NCBI GenBank assembly: GCA_046582655.1
Contig: JAYGDX010000172.1
Span: forward strand, 1-10,664
From: Candidatus Poribacteria bacterium
GTDB lineage: Bacteria; Poribacteria; WGA-4E; UBA9662
Direction of reading: 5' to 3'
Length of the DNA stretch: 10,664 nt
The position numbers and the translations under genes are program-made. This document shows, in pieces, positions 7,169 to 10,664 of this stretch (positions are counted from its first letter, which is position 1; every line of letters begins with the position of its first letter). The notes below the pieces were generated by a model that was not told the DNA's origin, ran no database searches, and was given only the letters and a program-made list of their open reading frames with translations.

Positions 7169-7194
7169 ACGAGTTATCTTTTACATGAGTACCA
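7169..7194. repeat. Second, diverged direct copy of the 3795-3820 sequence
   Basis: ACGAGTTATCTTTTACATGAGTACCA vs ACGAGTTATCTTTTGCGCGGGTATCA: first 14 bp identical, 21/26 overall, all five differences are transitions. Confidence 0.7.
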
Positions 7195-7429
7195 GCGAGC
7201 TCGTCATTTTACTATCAGGCAGTCGATAGTACCAGCATTTACATTGAGACATTCTATCACAATTACCATATCGTGGTAAAGCGGTGGGGTTGCTATTAGC
7301 AATTAGTTCTGACGAATCGTGCAGGCACCTTCTGGATGAAGAGATGTAATGCAGTGCTACGCTGTCTTGGAAGCTGACCTTTTGTGCTGGAAAATTATCC
7401 GACGCTTTGTATGTACCGCCATCAGAATA

Positions 7430-7540
7430 TTATTGTCGGGATTGATATTCCTCAACTGCTTTCAGTGCTTCTGGTGTGCCTATTTCTTCTAGTGCCCCTG
7501 CCACATAATTAACGAACAGACTTCTGACGCAATGCAATAA
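7430..7540 (-). pseudogene. C-terminal remnant of a HEAT/PBS-lyase-repeat protein
   Basis: NYVAGALEEIGTPEALKAVEEYQSRQ* (7510-7430), preceded out of frame by LIALRQKSVR; fits the HEAT-like pattern L..L....VR..AA.AL..IG.PEA. Confidence 0.7.
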
Positions 7541-7620
7541 GGCGGTTTTCGCCGATTAACGTCATGAGCGAAACAGCAGAATACTACTACTCCTCTTGCG
7601 TGTTCTACTGAGTTTACTTA

Positions 7621-9526
7621 TTAACCATCAGTCTCATTTTCTTCTTCATTAATAGGATGACCAGTTTCCCAGCTAAAACTAACATTACCTGGATTGATGT
7701 TTGGATTTCGAGTTTTGATTGTTGGTTGTCCCTCCGCTCTGGATTTGAGTGGTGTATCGTAACTGGGATCATTGACAAAGCGGGCTAGCGAAATTCGCAT
7801 CTCGATTGAGGTGGCTGGTGGTAGTCTTACCTCTGACCATTTGCTGTCGATAGAATGAGTCGTTTGACCAACTTTTATTTGGTCAAAGCTATGTTGACCA
7901 AAGGTCCCTGCTTGTAAATATACTTTTCGGCAATGGATTGGGCTGAGGTTGACCAACTGCAGTCGAAAACTCTCCTTTTGCGGATTTTTCACTTGGATTT
8001 GGTCTATCAAGGCAGAGACATCCGATGGCAAGCCGGGGCATTCTTGGCCTGAATCAAAATAGCGAAGCCAGGCCAGAAGCAATCCCCCGTGGTAAATTGG
8101 ATTAGGACTACCAGTTGTTAATTGGACCAAAGCATTACAGATAACCGGATTCTTATGAATCCAGTGTTGAATATGACCTCCTTGGGGGCAGTGTCGTCTC
8201 TACGAATCTCATCGAGCGCTTGTGCCATCGCATGATAACTAGCCTGCAAAACGTGTTCAAGATAGTCGGGCGAATGTCCATTGACAAAACGAAACCAACC
8301 TGCATCGCCACCGCCCCCACGAACCGAGAAAGTGTGATTAAGCCGATTTGGATCACCGACACGCAAAATCCGCTCAGCATCGGCAGAGGAGCCTGAGAGA
8401 TGCCAAAGTTGAACTGGTAGTTCGGGTGACATAGGCCAATAATCGTTCCAACCAGTATCGTTATGACGATAAGGGACCCGCCACTCATCGTCGATTTTTT
8501 GTCTCAATTCCCAAAGGTGATCGAATTGTGACCGAGCGAGATTTAACATTTGGTCGTCGCCTGTTAACAGCATAGCATTCTGTCCAGCCACTGTTAGGGC
8601 TTCCAACAAAACGGTTCCTCCGTGCGGCCAACGCCAACCATAGTAACCACCCCACCACTTGCCATCCATGTACTCACCAATTTGACCTGATAAACCGATA
8701 TTGTCTGGTACAATTCCGTTGTTTTGGTCCGTTCGTGTTTGCCAAGCAGATAGGTAGTCTAACACCCAATTTTTATACTTTTCCCGACCCATATACAAGT
8801 AAGCATGGGTGACTAAAGTTGTGGCTAATAAATTAATCGGCACATCGCCTTTAGCTATTCGCTGATTGAGAACGGCCAAAATTTTCTCGAAGACAGCATC
8901 ATCTTCCCAATCAGCTACAGGGCCGGGGACATCTGGAATATCTTCATAAAGGAAGGGGGAAAATGTGATGACCAAGCACCCAACGATGGGTAGACCAATC
9001 TTCCGCTGTCATCTGTAATTGTGCTCCCCTACTGCCGTTAATGGGCGATTTGATCAAACGCAATTCTGGGTCGTAGTTATCAGTTTCTGGATCTTCACCA
9101 GTATAAAAATTAGCGAACCGAACGTTGATAATCCCGCAACGTATAAGGTTCAGGTAGAGCCCAAAAATAAAAATAAAGATAACTCTCTCCGTGGTGCATC
9201 CAGTCATAGTATGGTCAAATTCACGATGAAGTTGACCATACTCAGTGAATTGCCACATCATGGCCTCCCACTGCTTACGTGCTAAATACCGATAATCTTC
9301 AGCACCACCTAAAGCGTAAAAAAGTGGAAAGGTATAAAAGCTCTCGTAAGCATCGTCCGAGCCGTCCATACCCGGCCAATGCTCTCGCCAAAGCAACGTT
9401 CCGCCTTCCCTATGTGTACTTGTCTAGAAATAAATGCCCAGCTTCATTCATTGCTTCAATCAAGTGTCGTTGCAGAAGCGCCCAAGTTGGCGGATTGGTT
9501 CTTTGAGTTGCAGTCACGGCTTTCAT
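7621..9526 (-). pseudogene. Conserved-looking hypothetical protein (~636 aa reconstructed), Trp/Tyr/Gly/Asp-rich, broken by five frameshifts
   Basis: GGAGGTG RBS and ATG(9526) MKAVTATQRTNPPTWALLQRHLIEAMNEAGHLFLDKYT. Frame changes near 9412, 9212, 9115, 8949 and 8175 link REGGTLLWREHWPGMDGSDDAYESF / YYDWMHHGESYLYFY / FANFYTGEDP / YEDIP...GKWWGGYYGWRWPHG / HIQHWIHKNPVICNALVQLTTG...RYFD...PGLPSDVSALI into one protein. Confidence 0.85.
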
Positions 9527-9558
9527 TCTAACACCTCCATAATCCAAATTTTTCGGTA

Positions 9559-9753
9559 CTATAAAGCATTTTCATAGAGCAATCTATAAAATTTATACTC
9601 TAGCATCCTCAGCCCTATCATGATGAATCTTTTCAGTACTTTTGGACTGCCATTAGGAGTTGTAATGAAATTGAATCTTCTCATATCATTTGGATCTTCC
9701 TTGAAGGAACACATCATTATAATGGGAAATTCACTAGGGAAACGGTTAGTCAT
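9559..9753 (-). CDS. Small hypothetical protein (64 aa) or gene remnant
   Basis: ATG preceded by an A/C-rich leader with no SD (AATACAAATACAATATACA), about 60 nt downstream of a terminator. No family recognised. Confidence 0.3.
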   Translation of the reverse strand: MTNRFPSEFPIIMMCSFKEDPNDMRRFNFITTPNGSPKVLKRFIMIGLRMLEYKFYRLLYENAL

Positions 9754-9814
9754 TGTATATTGTATTTGTATTGTTTGGGGGTTGGTCGTACGATATTTTT
9801 TGTTTCCACCCTAC

Positions 9815-9845
9815 AAACAAAAAGCCCCGCTGCTTGGCGGGGCTT
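9815..9845 (-). terminator. Rho-independent terminator
   Basis: - strand reads AAGCCCCGC-CAAGCA-GCGGGGC-TTTTTGTTT: GC-rich stem with an immediate U-tract. Confidence 0.85.
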
Positions 9846-9895
9846 AATGCAAAACTAATATTTCACATCTCACATTACTCAGAAATCCCACACTT

Positions 9896-9919
9896 GAAAG
9901 AGGCTATTTAGCCTCTTTC
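9896..9919. repeat. Perfect 11-bp inverted repeat (RNA hairpin or operator)
   Basis: GAAAGAGGCTA-TT-TAGCCTCTTTC, extendable through a bulge by CCAC (9888-9891) / GTGG (9921-9924). A T6 run follows on the + strand at 9930-9935. Confidence 0.75.
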
Positions 9920-10405
9920 GGTGGCATTCTTTTTAATTAGAGCAACATAAAAAAATCCAAACCGATAACAATGCAAAAATAATTAGTATTAAGAATGGGT
10001 GGTGCTTGCTCTGGAATTTGTGGAATGTACTTCCATGTTTAGCTCTATATGACCCCACAAAGGGTGGATCGCCGTGGCGTACGTGACTGGTGGGGGTAAA
10101 GGGCGGTTTTCACTGGATCGTCTCTCTTTTCGACACTTGACTTCCATGGTTAATCTAGGTACACAACGATCTTCTCCATCAGATAGACATTCGGTAGCAC
10201 TATTCAACGCCAATTGGACGAGTGCTTTCAAGTGCCGTATGAGCTTAGCGTGGAGAAGCAACGGTATCATATGTTCACTGAGTTAGCCCGTTCTTCAATT
10301 CCCTCGAGTAACCGAATGCTGCCAAGATAAGCCAAGAACTGCGCCACCGTTTTACTTTCGGACAAACCTCCTGATTCCAACCGTGAGGGAGGGTATGATC
10401 AAGAC

Positions 10406-10664
10406 TTATTGGCCTTTGAGCTTGCCCCGTCTGGTTTCCAGCTTCCATTTCCCTTTAACCGCCAACTGATCACGCCAGAACGGAAAATTGTGTAACACCT
10501 CAGAAAGTTCCTGCTTGCCAGTCCTCCCCAGTGCCTGGATGATCTGAAGCGAATTTCGAATGACGTACCCTTTCCCAGCTTCGGCGCCTTTTGCGGACCA
10601 CCGGCCATAAAGTCAGCGTTGCCCCACACCCCGCTCCGAAGTGCTTATCAACCTCCAACTTATT
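10406..10664 (-). pseudogene. 3' part of a degraded gene ending in a Poribacteria-like C-terminal motif
   Basis: Frame not in the ORF track: ...GVGQR*LYGRWSAKGAEAGKGYVIRNSLQIIQALGRTGKQELSEVLHNFPFWRDQLAVKGKWKLETRRGKLKGQ* (internal TGA 10613-10615; TAA 10406-10408). Confidence 0.45.

Noticed and set aside
4605..7229. Long + strand ORFs (up to 200 aa) opposite the DUF2961 and amidohydrolase genes
   Set aside because: Expected antisense ORFs in GC-rich coding DNA; no motifs recognised.
786..9526. Integron cassette array (many co-oriented unrelated genes)
   Set aside because: No RYYYAAC...GTTRRRY attC structures were found after the stops, no intI is present, and the 53-bp palindrome lacks attC core polarity.
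3952..9526. Frameshifts as uniform sequencing error
   Set aside because: Indels cluster in particular genes while adjacent long ORFs are clean; not fully excluded without reads.
9989..10286. 93-aa (-) and 70-aa (+) ORFs
   Set aside because: No clear RBS and no recognisable family; may be decayed coding DNA but cannot be supported.
454..10615. TGA recoding suggested by in-frame TGA at 454-456, 3544-3546 and 10613-10615
   Set aside because: All three are in otherwise damaged genes, the intact peptidase ends in TGA, and intact genes use TGG for Trp.
10399..10629. 76-aa tracked ORF MWGNADF...
   Set aside because: An overlapping frame ending at 10406 looks more protein-like and carries the C-terminal motif.
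1..10664. CRISPR array, tRNA, rRNA or known riboswitch
   Set aside because: No regularly spaced repeats, cloverleaf or recognisable aptamer consensus seen by eye.

Overview
Bacterial accessory region with a decayed IS630-family element at the left edge (+ strand) and almost all other coding content on the - strand. Four genes look intact: a Cys-type sulfatase, a probably secreted cyanophycinase-like S51 peptidase, a DUF2961/GH172-like protein and a COG3618-like amidohydrolase. The last two form a visibly GC-richer block (~4560-7170). Between these genes lie many remnants: a frameshifted ankyrin gene, a ~636-aa conserved hypothetical gene broken by five indels, a HEAT-repeat tail, two signal-peptide-plus-tail stubs, a possible serine-recombinase tail and a degraded gene at the right edge. 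C-terminal motifs suggest Candidatus Poribacteria (inference from recalled motifs). Most interesting points: (i) a 26-bp diverged direct repeat (3795-3820 / 7169-7194), one copy inside a 53-bp hairpin and the other at the GC-block edge; (ii) active-site substitutions in the GH172-like and cyanophycinase-like enzymes; (iii) an AT-rich, hairpin-rich ~450-bp segment (9540-9990) that may be an sRNA, attenuator or type I toxin-antitoxin module. No CRISPR array, tRNA or rRNA was seen, and no clear-cut complete novel system could be established. All family assignments come from motif recognition, not database searches.
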